From Cycas panzhihuaensis (Eukaryota > Plantae > Cycadophyta), in NCBI GenBank assembly GCA_023213395.1, contig CM041465.1:203553741-203617740 (forward strand): a stretch of 64,000 nt of DNA, written 5' to 3'. The position numbers were made by a program, and so were the translations under genes. Numbering within the stretch: the first letter of the stretch is position 1; each line of letters opens with the position of its first letter. Positions 14,674 to 28,191 of the stretch are shown here, piece by piece. The notes beneath the pieces were generated by a model that did no database searches, was not told the DNA's origin, and saw only the letters and a list, made by a program, of their open reading frames with translations.

Positions 14674-15375
14674 ATTAATATTATATTTGGCCCTATTTTG
14701 AGTCTATCTGGAAAAATACAAACGAAATAGGGATAACACCATAATTGCCATTTCTAGTTTCAAAGGCCATTTTCTCTCTAACTAGAGCTCAAATAAAAAA
14801 ATCGATTACAAATTCTAAATGACATCGATCAGGGTGTCTTATATGGATAGTGAAAATTTATGCTTGCCATATGGGCTTGTTTGTGCCACATTATGTCTCA
14901 CCAAGATTTTCTAAGAAAAATGATGGCATGCAGGGCCTTGAAAGGCTACAAAATGACATTAGAGTGCTCTTGGCACTTTTCACATTTTTGCACGTAAGAA
15001 TGAACATCTTTGAATGGTTTGAGATAAAAGAAACCCATTTGTAGAAATTTTTGTGTTAATCTAAGGCATCCTCACCCTTCACATCCCAAGTTTCATAACA
15101 TATTGGTAAGAGATTATGGTTTTGTCAACTTTATATGCTTGACTTATATAGGTAATATCAAGATATTTTAGATTTAACTTTTTCTAGATAAAGTTTGATT
15201 GATCTTAAGCTTAGTGCCTACTTATTATTGATTTAAAGCTTCTATTTGCTTAGATTTTTATTATTTTCTCTTATATTTTCATCTCCTAAACCAAGGTTTA
15301 TACTTATAACCGTGGATAAATTCAAAAATAATAAGAATGCCACTGAATTTTTACCAAGGAGGTAAGTTACCTTTG

Positions 15376-15480
15376 TCATCGCCCTACTACCTTAAGCCAA
15401 ATGGGAAAATCAAAGCATTTAATAAGACATTAATATTAGTCTTGAAGAAAGTTGTGTCAAAAGACCCAAAAGGACTAGCA
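15376..15480 (+). pseudogene. Non-chromovirus (Tat/Athila-like) Gypsy integrase fragment
   Basis: SSPYYLKPNGKIKAFNKTLILVLKK resembles the STPYYPQxNGQxEAxNKTL integrase motif. Confidence 0.65.
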
Positions 15481-17484
15481 TATTCAATTGTATCTAAATT
15501 TGATGGTATACAACATATTGTCAAAATTGGTGATATAACCCTTATTAATTTGACAATATCCTTGATTTTATTTCAAGATATCCTTTTAGTTTGAAGAATG
15601 GTATTCCCATAACTATTTTGCATAAGCTCTAACTCAACATTTATGATTACAAGGGTGGATTTAACTACTCCCATGTGAAATTATCTAATCAAATGGAGAG
15701 GCAAGGTGTGACTCTAGGGAGACAAAAGTAGAGGGTATCCTAAAACTAGCAAAGTAGAGGTTTTTAGGAAGCACACAGGGGGAGAAACTTTGGTAAAGGA
15801 GATAATACCCCAAGGAGGTTAATTGTCTATTTCAGATATAATGAAGAAGACCATAAGGCCTATGAATTATTTTTGTTTTATTTTCAAAAGGGGGTACCTT
15901 GACATTTTCATCTATAACTTTTGTTGTAAGTATATGATATCAGTTTTATATAAAAAGTTAGAATTGTAGTTTGGATACATTCATTTTGAATGGTCATAAG
16001 GGACTTTATGATCTTTACATCATATGTAGTAATAATCAAGCACAAGCACAATTACACCACAAGCATCTAATCGCCATACTAAGCAGACCATTAGATCACA
16101 CCACATGTATGCAATCAAGCCCTAATAATAAATGAGACAAGTCATAAGGCCTGGCCAATGTCAAAAGGGATTTTGTTAATTGAAACACAAAGTCTTCCCA
16201 AAAGGAGGTTATAATCAACATTAATATCTAGAACCACGATCTCTGTGAGGCCACTTTTATCCTTGATGGTGAGGGGGATAATGACTTTTTCAAGGAGATC
16301 TTTTTCATTCCCATTGTACCCTTGGCACTTTTAAGGAACAATTTCAAGGACCCCAATGTTGAGTTGTTGTAGATAAATTTTAAAAAATCGCTCATTTTAT
16401 TACATACAAAAGGATTAGTGATATAATAAGGATACTACATTTGTTTCATTATATAGATATATTATTATCAAGCAAAGAATCATAATATCCATATGCATGC
16501 AAGGTAAGTCAAAGCAATAATAATAATCACTAGTCATAATAGTTATTAAAATAATTAATTTTATATCCTTAATTACCTAATAATCAATCATGTCATCAAG
16601 TATAATAGGAGCATCAAATCAATGATATATATTAAACTTATTTGTGGGAAATGCTTAATTGATTATACCTTATATATTTACCATTAGCAAGAGATGGATC
16701 ACATGATATAAGCATAAAAAAGAAAGTAATAATTATTTATCATTCTACTTATTGAAGGAAAGTTAAAATCATCCTTTATCCAGGCAGTATGGTTTCCCTT
16801 TAGTTATGGTTGAAGGAAGTATGTCTTTTGATAAGTATAATGATTGTTCTACTTTTGTAAAATAAGTATAATTTATTTTATATTTATCTTGGTCTATATG
16901 AAATTTGATGTTTAGAAGATGCTAATCAAGGTCACTATGACTTCCCTTCAAACATATAAAATAAGAAGAAAAAGAGAGCCAGAAAGTATTTATAATACTA
17001 CTCAAAGATCATTTTGTAATTCGTCAGATTGAGGTGGATAACTTATTTGCTACTAACTGAAGTCAGAATTGTCATCGACTAAAAATACACATACCCATTC
17101 ACTAATGCAATAGGCAAATGTTAATTAACATGCTCATAAAAAACAACAATTGAATTGAAATAAAAACAAGCAACATATACCTTCACATATCTATGTTGGG
17201 ATGAATGTAAAAGTTAATAGCTAGCATTGGTATCCATGTCCCTCAGTTACATGCTAATAGTTAGGTATCACTGATAGTAGATGGTTATGTAACATTGAGT
17301 GACTTACTGACCTAGATATTTCAATTGTTTTTAACATTTCATATGTGTATACATATCATCCAAGAGATGATGAAGAATTAGACCATTTAGTAGACTAGTA
17401 AAAATAAATACTTAGGAGGAACTAGAAAAAATAGAGGCAATTTTAGGGAAGAATAACTTAGAGATTCTAGGTGGAATACATCAT

Positions 17485-17535
17485 AGATATCTAGTTAAAT
17501 GGAAAACATTGTCATTAGAAAAAAAATGTATGGAT
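17485..17535 (+). pseudogene. Gypsy chromodomain remnant
   Basis: RYLVKWKTLSLE resembles YLVKWKxLPxE. Confidence 0.5.
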
Positions 17536-18351
17536 ATGTAAAAAAGAGCTAAAAATACTTGAAGTGATTACATAGAGGAGATGATAAACATTAAAGGATT
17601 TATAATCAAGTGAAGTATGATTAAAATCAAGGCCATTGAATTCACCATATGTAGTTACCAACTATTAGAGTAGATTCGCAAGATGGAACTATGCAAAAGT
17701 GAGTTTCAAAGTGGAATATATGAAATAACCATTGGATCATTAAGTATGTGGCAATGCCATAGTAGTTTTGAACCTAAGAGGTTCACAAGAGGTTGATTGT
17801 GAGAAAAGAGAGCAGTAATTAAGCAAGTTACAACATGGATATAGGCCATTAGAATGAGGATAATTAGCAAGCACCAAATGGCTTTACAAGAGTTGCACTT
17901 ATGAGATGGAGCAAGTTAGAAAGGATGAAATTGTTAAGAGCTTGCAGAAGAAGAAATTATGAACCTATATTAATAACACCATTTTCTTAATCGAATCAAG
18001 TTTGGGCAACTAAATCTATAGATCTATTATATATTAAAGGTTATTTACAATAGATTCATGACCAAATCATAGGGTTTATCTTGATTGAATTCAACAATTA
18101 TAAAAAATTAATGCCACAATAGTAAAACAGTTATAGAACAAAGTATTCATTTGGCATGATATCACTATACTCTTCTAATAGTTGAACCACTTCCCATGGT
18201 ATTGATATTAGCTCCTCAATGTTTTTAACTTGATTCATTACCAAGGCATAACAAGTCCCTTTCTCCCTTCCCTCAAGAATTCCTTTGTGGCTAACATAGC
18301 TTTTGCATGGCCATCTTCTTTTAAAGACAATAATACAACCTTTACACTACT

Positions 18352-18438
18352 AATTTAGTGCTTGTAAAAAAAAAAACCAAAAAACAAAGAGATAAGGTTA
18401 TGTATTGATTTTTGAAATTTGAATAAAATCTCTTTGAG
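18352..18438 (+). pseudogene. Gypsy RT N-terminal fragment
   Basis: NLVLVKKK..EIRLCIDF*NLNK resembles VxKKNGxIRLCxDFRxLNK. Confidence 0.6.
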
Positions 18439-18828
18439 GGTTGAATCCTGAATTTGTTGTGTGTATTATGTAACAAAAATGAAAATTTTTATGCTACTTT
18501 GTGTGTGTGTGTGTGTATGTGCACGCACGTGTATATATGTGTGTATGCACGTGCATGCATCATGTGTGTGTAATTTTTATATTACTAATGTGCACCTTAG
18601 CTCCTGCAAGAGTTAGTCCAAAATCAAAATGAAAATGTGCTCTAAAACTTGCAATAAACTTGTACAATGATGCAACTAAACAAAACAAAAAATTTTCTCT
18701 TTACAATTTTGGGCATTTATATGATATTCCACTACTTTACCAACATCAAAAATTGATTTCAAGCTTAAAATACATAATCTTAGTGCCCAAAATTTTAATT
18801 TAAGTTTTATTTTTTCTAATTTTTAAAA

Positions 18829-18863
<35 letters not shown>
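18829..18863. repeat. Compound (TG)n(AG)n microsatellite
   Basis: Read directly. Confidence 0.95.
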
Positions 18864-19749
18864 ACTTTTAAAAAATTTGCAAGCTTTCTATAATGGCATT
18901 TATTTCATTATTTTCTTGCATTATATTAGAAATTTGTGTTATTTTCTACCATATTAACCATATCAATGCCTTTTCTTTGACATAAAACTAACTAGTACAT
19001 AAATATGCACATGCATATGTGCATACACAAAAAAGCCACTTCGTTATTATTTTATATAATTCATAGAAATATTACTAATATATAAAAAGGATGTAATTTC
19101 CAAAATATAGGAGGTATACCATGCCAAGTATAGCCAATTAGCACCATTTCAGAATAGTTGAAAGCATTCAAATTAAGTGTAAAATACGTGGCATTTGTTG
19201 TTGTGCAAAGAGCATATAAACAATTGTCGTGGTTTCATAATCTTCTACAAAATTTTAAGAAAATAATAAAAAATTTCAAGTGGTTCAAGTTGATTTATTT
19301 ACTTTTTGGTCCATTCATAAAAGTTGAACCACTAAACAGTGGAGAAGAAAATTAATATCAAAAGGATAAATTTAGAGAAGAATGGTTTCCAATACTTTTA
19401 AGATGATTTTTAAAGATTAGATTCCAACTCATAGATTTTTTCTAGTTCATTTATTATCAAAGAAGAAATCAAAAGGCAATGAAGCAAGAAGGATGACTAT
19501 AGAAGACCAATGACTAGATTTCAAATCTATAGCAACCATAATAGCTATAATTAGTGACCACAACTAGCTAAAGTTATCAATAATAATCGGTCTTCTGATT
19601 GGTAATGACAACTAAACCTATGACAATAATGATAATTGACAATCAATTGGCTAAGAACTAACAAGATTATGAACAAGTGACCAATAACTAGCAAGGTGAC
19701 ATCCTGTGTGCACAAATTAAATAAAGCTACATAACAACTATGATTCAAA

Positions 19750-22140
19750 TAATGAACACATGACTACAAAACTTGTCCTTGTAAGTAACAGTGTGGGATT
19801 AATATTGACAGTAGTAATTAAGGTAAACAAGAATTTGTTTCAAGAATCATTCAGTGAATTGTTAATAATAAATGTAATAATAAGTAGATTTAGAACTGGC
19901 TACAACTAGAGTGCTTTTCCAACATTAAGTGCTTAGAAAAGTCAAGGGAAGATAATGAGAAGAGGAGAATAAGTTAGGCTTATATGACACCTCTAATATA
20001 ATTATATGGTCACAATGAGAACCTCATCTACAACTCCCTTTAGGGTAGTCTTAGAGGTGGTCTTCCTTTTATTCATAAAAGACATTTTATTTCCAAACCT
20101 TCTCTCTATGGCTTGTGATAAAAAGTCCTTGTAAAAGAATGTCAATCTCACTTCCATGAATTTTATATTAGTAGAGCAACTTAAAATCCAAGCATTAACA
20201 TCCTCCTTAGATATTGGGATTAGTAAGTAAGAACCTTTAGGGAGGTGGACAAGTCACCACAAGGCAATAAGACCTCAACTTACAATCTACTGAGTCATAT
20301 TTTTGATATTAGAGCCATCTGATAACTTGTTTTGGATCATTATTTGGGTATTAAGGCCACTCTTGAAATTCCAATTTAGATCATAATTTTAGTATTAAAG
20401 TAGTCAAAACTATGAAGGAGCTTCTGCATAATACAATTAGATATTCTAACCTCACACAAGGGATACTGAGGAAGGACAACTTTCATTGGACCTACCTTTA
20501 CTAAGAGAAAGACTCCAATCGACTTCAAGAGGAGGAGTTGACATAAAGACCAAATCAAAAATATTAAATGATGCATTGCAAGATAGAGGAAAATGGATTC
20601 TCAATTGAATGCTATTGTATTAAGCCCTAGCCACGAAAAGATGATGAATGGGAGAATAGATTGGTGAATACAAACACATATAAGACTTGTAGGAGGGTAT
20701 TTTTGAACGTGAGGTTCATCACTTTATGAGAACCCTTTATGATATGTAATACCCATTAACGCCTTACTAACAATAGGAGTCTTAGGAGAGGTCAACCACT
20801 AGTTGATCTCAAAGAAGATCAAGGGTATATGATATAGTTATTAATCAAACAGAAGCCATAGATGTTCCCATAATTGTACAAGTTACTGTAGCATTAATCT
20901 CTTCTCTAATGGGATAAAAAATCTACCAAAGGTGGAGCAACATAAGGTGATAAGTTGTGGTATACACATCTAGTTCAAAGTTAGAATCCTTAATTGAGTC
21001 ATCACTAGGTGGAGCTTATATGGATCAATTTTGATGGATGTAATTTGAATTGAGATATGAATTGTAGATGATGAACTAAGTAGATAGGGATTTCCTATGA
21101 AACAAACAAGCACAATAATTAGTTAGCCATGCACATTAATAGATGGTTAATCTTCAATATAGATATCATCTTATTAAAGGCTAGAGATGGATTCTATTAT
21201 TTTCACCGAAGTAAGTCCTCATATGAAAAAGAATTAAAAAATTACTAAAGGAAGATGAGTAGAGAGGCTTATGACTAGAGTTCAAATGTTCCAAGAATTG
21301 TAAGAGCTATAGCCAAGGATAACAACCAACTTAAAACTAGTAATAACGATTGACCCTACAACTAACAATGGTGATTGAGCTTACTATTGCAAAGGCGATT
21401 GGGAATCAATCAACTAATGACTAGAAAGATAGTGGATGAGCAATTAGCAACTAGAAAGTTGGCATCTAATGACTAGAGATCAAATGAGCTTAAGTAAGAA
21501 TTACGACTCAAATTGTGATATTTGAATGTAGGATTTATCCTTGAAAGTAACGATGCAAGATTAATGTTAACCATGGCAAGTAAGGGGAACAAGAACCAAT
21601 TTCAAGAACTATTACACCAATTACTAGTAATTGATGTAGTCATAATTAGGTTATGAAGTAACTACAATTGTAAGCTTTCTCCACCATTAAGCACTTCTCT
21701 TTAAAAAGGCCATAAAAGTTGTAAAAACATAGGAAGGAGGAGAGAATAAGCTAAACTTACACAAGACTTTTGATATAATTATATAGCTCCCTTAGAAGTA
21801 CCCTTGGATTAGGCACTTTTTTATTGAAAAAACTTACTTTATTCCCGAATTTTCTCACAAAGGTCTATGATGAAAAGTCCTCGTTAAAAAATGTCATATG
21901 TTTAATGTCAATCTCACTTCCATAAATTTCATATTAGCAAAACAACCAAATATTCAAGTCTCAACATACTCCTCAAGCACTTGAATCAATCAAGGAGAAT
22001 CTCTAGGGAACTAGACAGATCACCATAGGGTAATAGGGCTCACCCACAACTTGCTCAATTTTAATTTTGATATCAAAGCTATCCTTATGACCCAATTCAA
22101 ATCATAATTTAGATATCAAGACCAATCTTAATAATTTGAT
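19750..22140 (-). repeat. Two diverged direct copies (about 19750-20340 and 21510-22140), possibly LINE ORF1 remnants
   Basis: Shared blocks TCCTTGnAAGTAAC, GATTAATnTT, AATGTCAATCTCACTTCCAT recur about 1.76 kb apart. The minus-strand peptide MVNINLASLL weakly resembles the L1 ORF1 motif ILVEIDLSKPL. Confidence 0.55.
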
Positions 22141-25096
22141 TCAAATCAATTTATGGAAATTTGAATGGTTTTATATTATTATGCTAGATTATTCAATTTG
22201 GTTAATCATGAATACTTGAATTTAAAGTATGAAAGGAAAAGATTGACAGAAAGAGTTGCCTACTCCAAAATTAAATAAAGTCTAAATTATTCTGAACCCA
22301 ATCTCTTGGTCTCTCATTTTAAATATGCTTATTAAATATTGATACAAACTAGTGTATGGTTTTCATAGAGAAGAAATAGATTATTATATTAAAAACTGTA
22401 ATCATTTATTGGATATCAAGAATTCTTTAAGAAGTTGAAACAATAATTAGGGATTATAGTGGGTGCAATAATGTAAGGTCGGTCTATACCCCTCTTTCGT
22501 GTTGGTCATGTATAATCCTTGCTTAATTTTGTAACTTATGATTTAGTGAAATGTTAGTTTGTTACTGAAATAGATTGTTGTGGAATAGGGTTGAAAGTCA
22601 TATCCCATTAATCTTGTAGTCAATTTTATTTTGTATTTGATATTATATACATTCTATATAATTATTTTTGGTGTCATGAATTGATTTCTAGAAATATGAT
22701 TTGAATCACATTAAAAGAATATAATATTCTTGCACATGCAGGATCATTTTTATGCTAATGATTGTTACCATTTTCATTGTGATATCATTTCCAAATTAAT
22801 TTTGAACCATGTAGAAAAGTTGTAATAGAAATTGCATATACATGAGTTCACCTATACCACAAGATTGATCATAGTATATGACAACCTTATCTTATACCTT
22901 TTAATACAAGAATTATCTTATGTTGTCTTTTTAACTAGATAAGATCCTGTTGCTGAAAAATGATTGGCACAACCTAATAAAATGTTCAAGATCAAAGCTG
23001 CTTAAGAACACCAACTTGTCACATGCAACCAAACAATAGATGATGATAGAAACATTCAACAATCAACGAGTAATAATTATAATTGCCAACATGATTAGAT
23101 TAACAAAAATAAGAGAGTAGTTCTAATTGCATATAAAATTGATTAGGATCAATGATAAAATAGTCCAAAATTTAAGCCACTTTGATAACTTGTGCAAAAT
23201 GTAATTATGAGTAATAAATGACATTCATTAAGCCTAAGACAAACCATAAATTTTCTATTACAATAATAAACACACATCAACTAATCCAATCAGTGTTAAT
23301 TCATCGATAATCCATTTTCCCTAGCTAAAGGATAAAAACAACCTACAAAAGGAGCATGCACAAGTTTCTAATCTTTCCATCAACCCTAGTAAACATTACA
23401 AAACATAGTCAAATACTTCATTACACATATCAAAAGCTTACAAAATTGTAAAGCAAGCACATATTGACTACCCCAGTCCCTAGCATAGGGGCAAGCAAAC
23501 AATAACATGAACTCATAATTTCATAGGCTCATTAATAATTATACTTTGTAAGCTGTACCATAAAGCATCATATGATTTAATATGGGTAACGAGCTACACT
23601 TTTAATTAGACATGGACCCTTCCCAATAAAAATACAAAGGTGGTTGTTTCTATTTCTATTTCTATTTGGATTTAACTTCAAATGAAAAACATGACAAAAT
23701 TATGAGGCTTCACATGTTCTAGTTGAATCATATGGCCTTATTGCAAACTATCCTCAAATAATCAAATCATTACAAAGATTTCTATCCTTTTCCATTTTAG
23801 GTAGCACACGCTTTCTTATAAAGAAATGGGTGATCTTTATAAACAAGGAAATAGACATGGGGGAGATTAATTAAAAAATGGAACTATACTCACATAATCC
23901 CTAATTGATTAGGTTGACTCATAATCCTTGGATATTATAATTCACAAAGCTTTTATTCTTCAATCATAAACTATTTGCATTAGTTGTAAAATAACATTTC
24001 TACAAAATGGGCCCTATGCCAATTAACAGAGCTCAATAGGAATAAATCTTAAACAAAATGCTTTAAATCATAGATCTTAACACCCAAGGTATGAAATGAC
24101 ATAAAAAACTTGAAAGAAGTATTAGGGGAACCCAATAACTTTTTAGTCAAGATGAATAATTTTATGTAATAGTTTTTGGAAAGGTGTAGTAATTCTTATT
24201 AAATTTTCAACCTTTCAAGGCTTCAAAGGATTAGTCTTGCACATATGGAAGCAATGTCGGTTGCCAATAAAATTTAAAAGGAGGTTATGGTCATGATCAA
24301 GGTATTATGAAGGGCAAAGTTTCATAAAGTGGTATTTTGTGGCGACTCCACAAGACTTTACAGCCATTAGGTGAAAGTTATTGCATAATAGAGTAGACAA
24401 ATCTACTTGGTCTAGACCAACTTAAATCACATAATTATTTTTTGAAATGCATTTTTAAAAAACCATTAAATCATCACATCATATATCATTGTATAATACA
24501 AACATATGATTCTAGTTGTCTTATTTGAAACATGGTGAGTGAATAATTGTTTCCTAAATTCTAAGTGTGTTTGTCTATGCAATGCCATAAAAAAAGAAGC
24601 CTCCTTTATGTTGTTTTTGTTTTTGGGGAATTTTAACAACTGTCATTTCCCATCTTCTAGTACCCCATTTTCAAGTTGTGCACAATGTTGTCTGTTCTTC
24701 TTTTTGGTCTGTCATGTATCATAAAACATGGTTTCAAATTAAAATTGGGATGACTTTTAGTGCAATTATTTTTTTTAATGCAATTACAAAAATTAGTATT
24801 ATTTTCTCTTTCATTTATCATTTAGAATGCATGCACGTATGAGTTTATATACATACGAGTGTTTGAGTATGCGCACTCATGTGTATGTAAGAACATCATA
24901 TTTGCATACCCCTACGTACATAGGGGTGTGTGTGAGAGAGCTATGGACATCTGAATCACCAATTTATTACTCGTCAACAACAAAAAATTTGCTCAAAGAT
25001 ATGATACAAATGGCATGCACCCTGAAGAACAAAAATTTGCAACACAGCAGAACTACAGAATAAACCAAATTTACATTATGTTTCTCAGAACTATTT

Positions 25097-25394
25097 CTAA
25101 ATTATATGAGAAACTTTCAAAGATGATAGGACGACGAAAACAATCCAAAGGGACATGAAATACACACACGTTATCCAAGCCCACGTTCTCGGCCCTCCAA
25201 GCTCCCCACCGAAAAAGTAACGCCTCATGACCAAGACAGCCATGCAAAGAATAAACGTGATGAAATACACCACAAGAGAAAAGCTCAGCCCTTCTGCATT
25301 GTTAATTTTCAAGGGTTCCCGGTAGGCAATTATGTTGTAGGTGGTATCAATCAACCATGGTACACCAATGCCAACAAAAATATTGACTGAATTG
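25097..25394 (-). CDS. MHX: Magnesium/proton exchanger (CaCA/NCX superfamily), final coding exon
   Basis: Acceptor TTTGCAG|C AAT TCA GTC AAT gives (S)[44 protein letters not shown]...[42 protein letters not shown]. This matches the plant MHX C-terminus (alpha-2 repeat, GELGGP motif). TAG stop at 25099-25097. Confidence 0.93.
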
Positions 25395-28191
25395 CTGCAA
25401 ACACATTAACCAATCACAAGGATTAACATGTATATGTTGCATTGCAAGTGAATGAATTGAACAAGAATGAAACTTTTTTGAATTATTAATAAAACTTCCG
25501 GATGATGATTGGCTGCAACATAATGCATGCTACCAAATTCAAATTGAAAGACTAAAGAATAAGGCCTACTTCATTGCCATTTTTTTCCCTCTCCCAAACA
25601 CAAAGAAAATGGAATTAATTGGTGCTGTTTTTTATGACATAAATGTTATTTATGAATATTTGCTATCTCAGATTATGTACTGAGAAAACCCTTGATGAAA
25701 AGCTTCAATGCAGACAACTGTAACTGATCTCTTTTATTGTTTGGATACTCGTTTCTGCTGAATAATGCCAACCATCCCACCGTGAATACCAAACATTGAA
25801 ATTTATCTCATTAGCCAAGGTTCCTTTCTCAGATGCATTAAAAGCACTGGCCTAGAATAAGGGAAACACAGCCAGACAGACTCCCTGTGTGATGGAGGTT
25901 CTGGTTGTTCAGGCAAGTATATCTGCCCATTAACATTGTTGTGGACTATGCATTGCTCCATCGTGTAATTTAATAGTATCATAGTTACCAGGTATGGGAG
26001 AGGGGTATATGCCAACTGAAAAAATGCAAGAAATATGGAAAAATTCTGAGAAATGAAAAATATGGAAAAAGATATGCTGACATATATTTACAAAATATAC
26101 ACACAAAGAAAAGGGGGAGAGAGAAAATAAACAGAATATAGGCAGTTGAAATGGCATTGTTGACTAGGATTAGCCAACTGCCTGTGCTTGTGCTCTTGTC
26201 TCAGCCTAAAAGGCCACAAATGGCTCCTCTAGTTGGTTCCATAACAATACAATTAATAATACTAATATATACTAATGGCAGTATATTATATGAATATTAC
26301 ATTAATTGGGGTGAATACTGGTAAAGTTCACATCGGTTAATGCTGGTAAAGGTGATGCCAGCCAGGCCACATTTATATGCCATAAAAACACAACTATGAC
26401 AAAATAAGCATATGTACACTTATCTTGTCCAAACACAGACATATTTTGTAAGTATAGTCGGTATTGCTGAGAATAACCTCTTTTTAGGGTAGAATCATCC
26501 AACTTCCTCAAACAGCAGAGTTTTTTTGCTCAATCATGCATCTTTGTCATACGCAACAATAATCCTGCATATCATCATATAATTTAATTTCCTTCTTGCA
26601 CATTTCTTCATCTCAAATCCTTGATTAGAGATTTGCTTTAATTGGAACATTGTGAGGCCTTTATTTTTTTCCAGCACCATCCTTTGTCAGGTTATTTCAT
26701 CCTACATACAAGATTTACTATTATACATATCTTCTTTGTTTCCCACATAGAGCTCCTCTACCAATGTTTTCTATTAATGCATTTTGTAGAGTGTATCTAT
26801 AGACAGGTATCGGGGTCCCATAGATCCAGACCTAACAGCCCTCTCTTCTTTTTTTAGCACTTACTAGCTCTACTCTTCTTTCAACAAGGGTGCCTTTTTA
26901 GAGTTCCAAGGACAATCTTCTAATATTAGTATCTAGAGCCTAGCAAGATGTATCACTTCATGCGTGTTATATTTCCTTAGGACATATCTGTCATCTCTAT
27001 CTTCAACATTCCTCCCAACTGTCTCCTTTTTCAGGTAAGCATCCATAGTCCTTTTGATATAGAGTTTGACCTCAATTATCTATTGATCACCCCTTAACTT
27101 ACCATGTTGCATGGGCTCAGGTAATTGGGAGCTCCCAAAATCTGGTTCCTCGAATTCAGGGCTCAAAGATTTGGGTGCAGTACATTTTTTCAGAGGCAAA
27201 AGTTGGGCCCTTTTAAACTGCAATCTCATTTATACACATTTTTTCTTTTTGTGGCTCGCATAGAATGGAATATTTTTTAATATAAAACACCTATGTATTG
27301 CACTTCTAGACATTAAGTATTGTTTTATAGAGCTTCTTGCAATGTGTGTGGGTCTATATATATATATATATGAAGTGATCTTAAATTGGATCTACTTCCA
27401 CAAGCATACAAGAAAACTGAAATGAAAGTTAAATAGAAGCTTCTAAGAGCCAAATGGTCAAAAGACCCCAAATGAATTAACTCACAAAAGATGATTTACA
27501 AATGAATAATAATCCTCTATTTATAGATGTCAAAATTGATCACCTTTTTAAAAACTAATTTCTTAATAATAATAAAACTAACTTATAATAATAATAAGAT
27601 ACCTAGTCCCTAATAATAAATAAAACCAATTTCTAATAATTGTAATTGAGGCTAACTTCTATTTATCCATGATCTAGCTATAGTTATAGCCAACTTTCAT
27701 TAGTGGTATAGGTCCACAACAATTTCTGCTCCTTCAAAACATGCTTTGCCCATAAAGCGTTGACAATAGTATATGCTACTCTCTTGAGTAGGTCAGTGAA
27801 CTAGGCGATTATCCCTTGTTCTATAGAATGTCCCTCCTTTAGCTTCTTCGTTTGAAAGAATATTATGTAAAGAAGCCAACTTGGTCTTAGTGAATCGTTC
27901 TTTGTGTTGCTCTCTGCAAGTATGTCCTTTGATTTTGGGGTGCAAATCTTAGTAGGTTGATATTTTTGCCCAGTAACCTAATTATTCTTCATGTTGCCTC
28001 TTGTAGTTTCAACTTTTGGTGTTGGGGTGTGACTTTTTGTTAGCTAGTATTTCTACTCGTTGATTCTGTACTTGATGAAGCCCTTGTCTTGATTTAGAGC
28101 ATAAGTCCCAAGTGTCCATAGCCATCTGGTACCTAAGATTACGTCAATCCTTCTACAAGAGTCGGATAATAATCAACTAAAAACTCATAAT

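Noticed and set aside
25803-26857. Small ORFs near MHX as additional MHX exons
   Set aside because: None resembles the expected GTSWPD..DSAIANITC exon.
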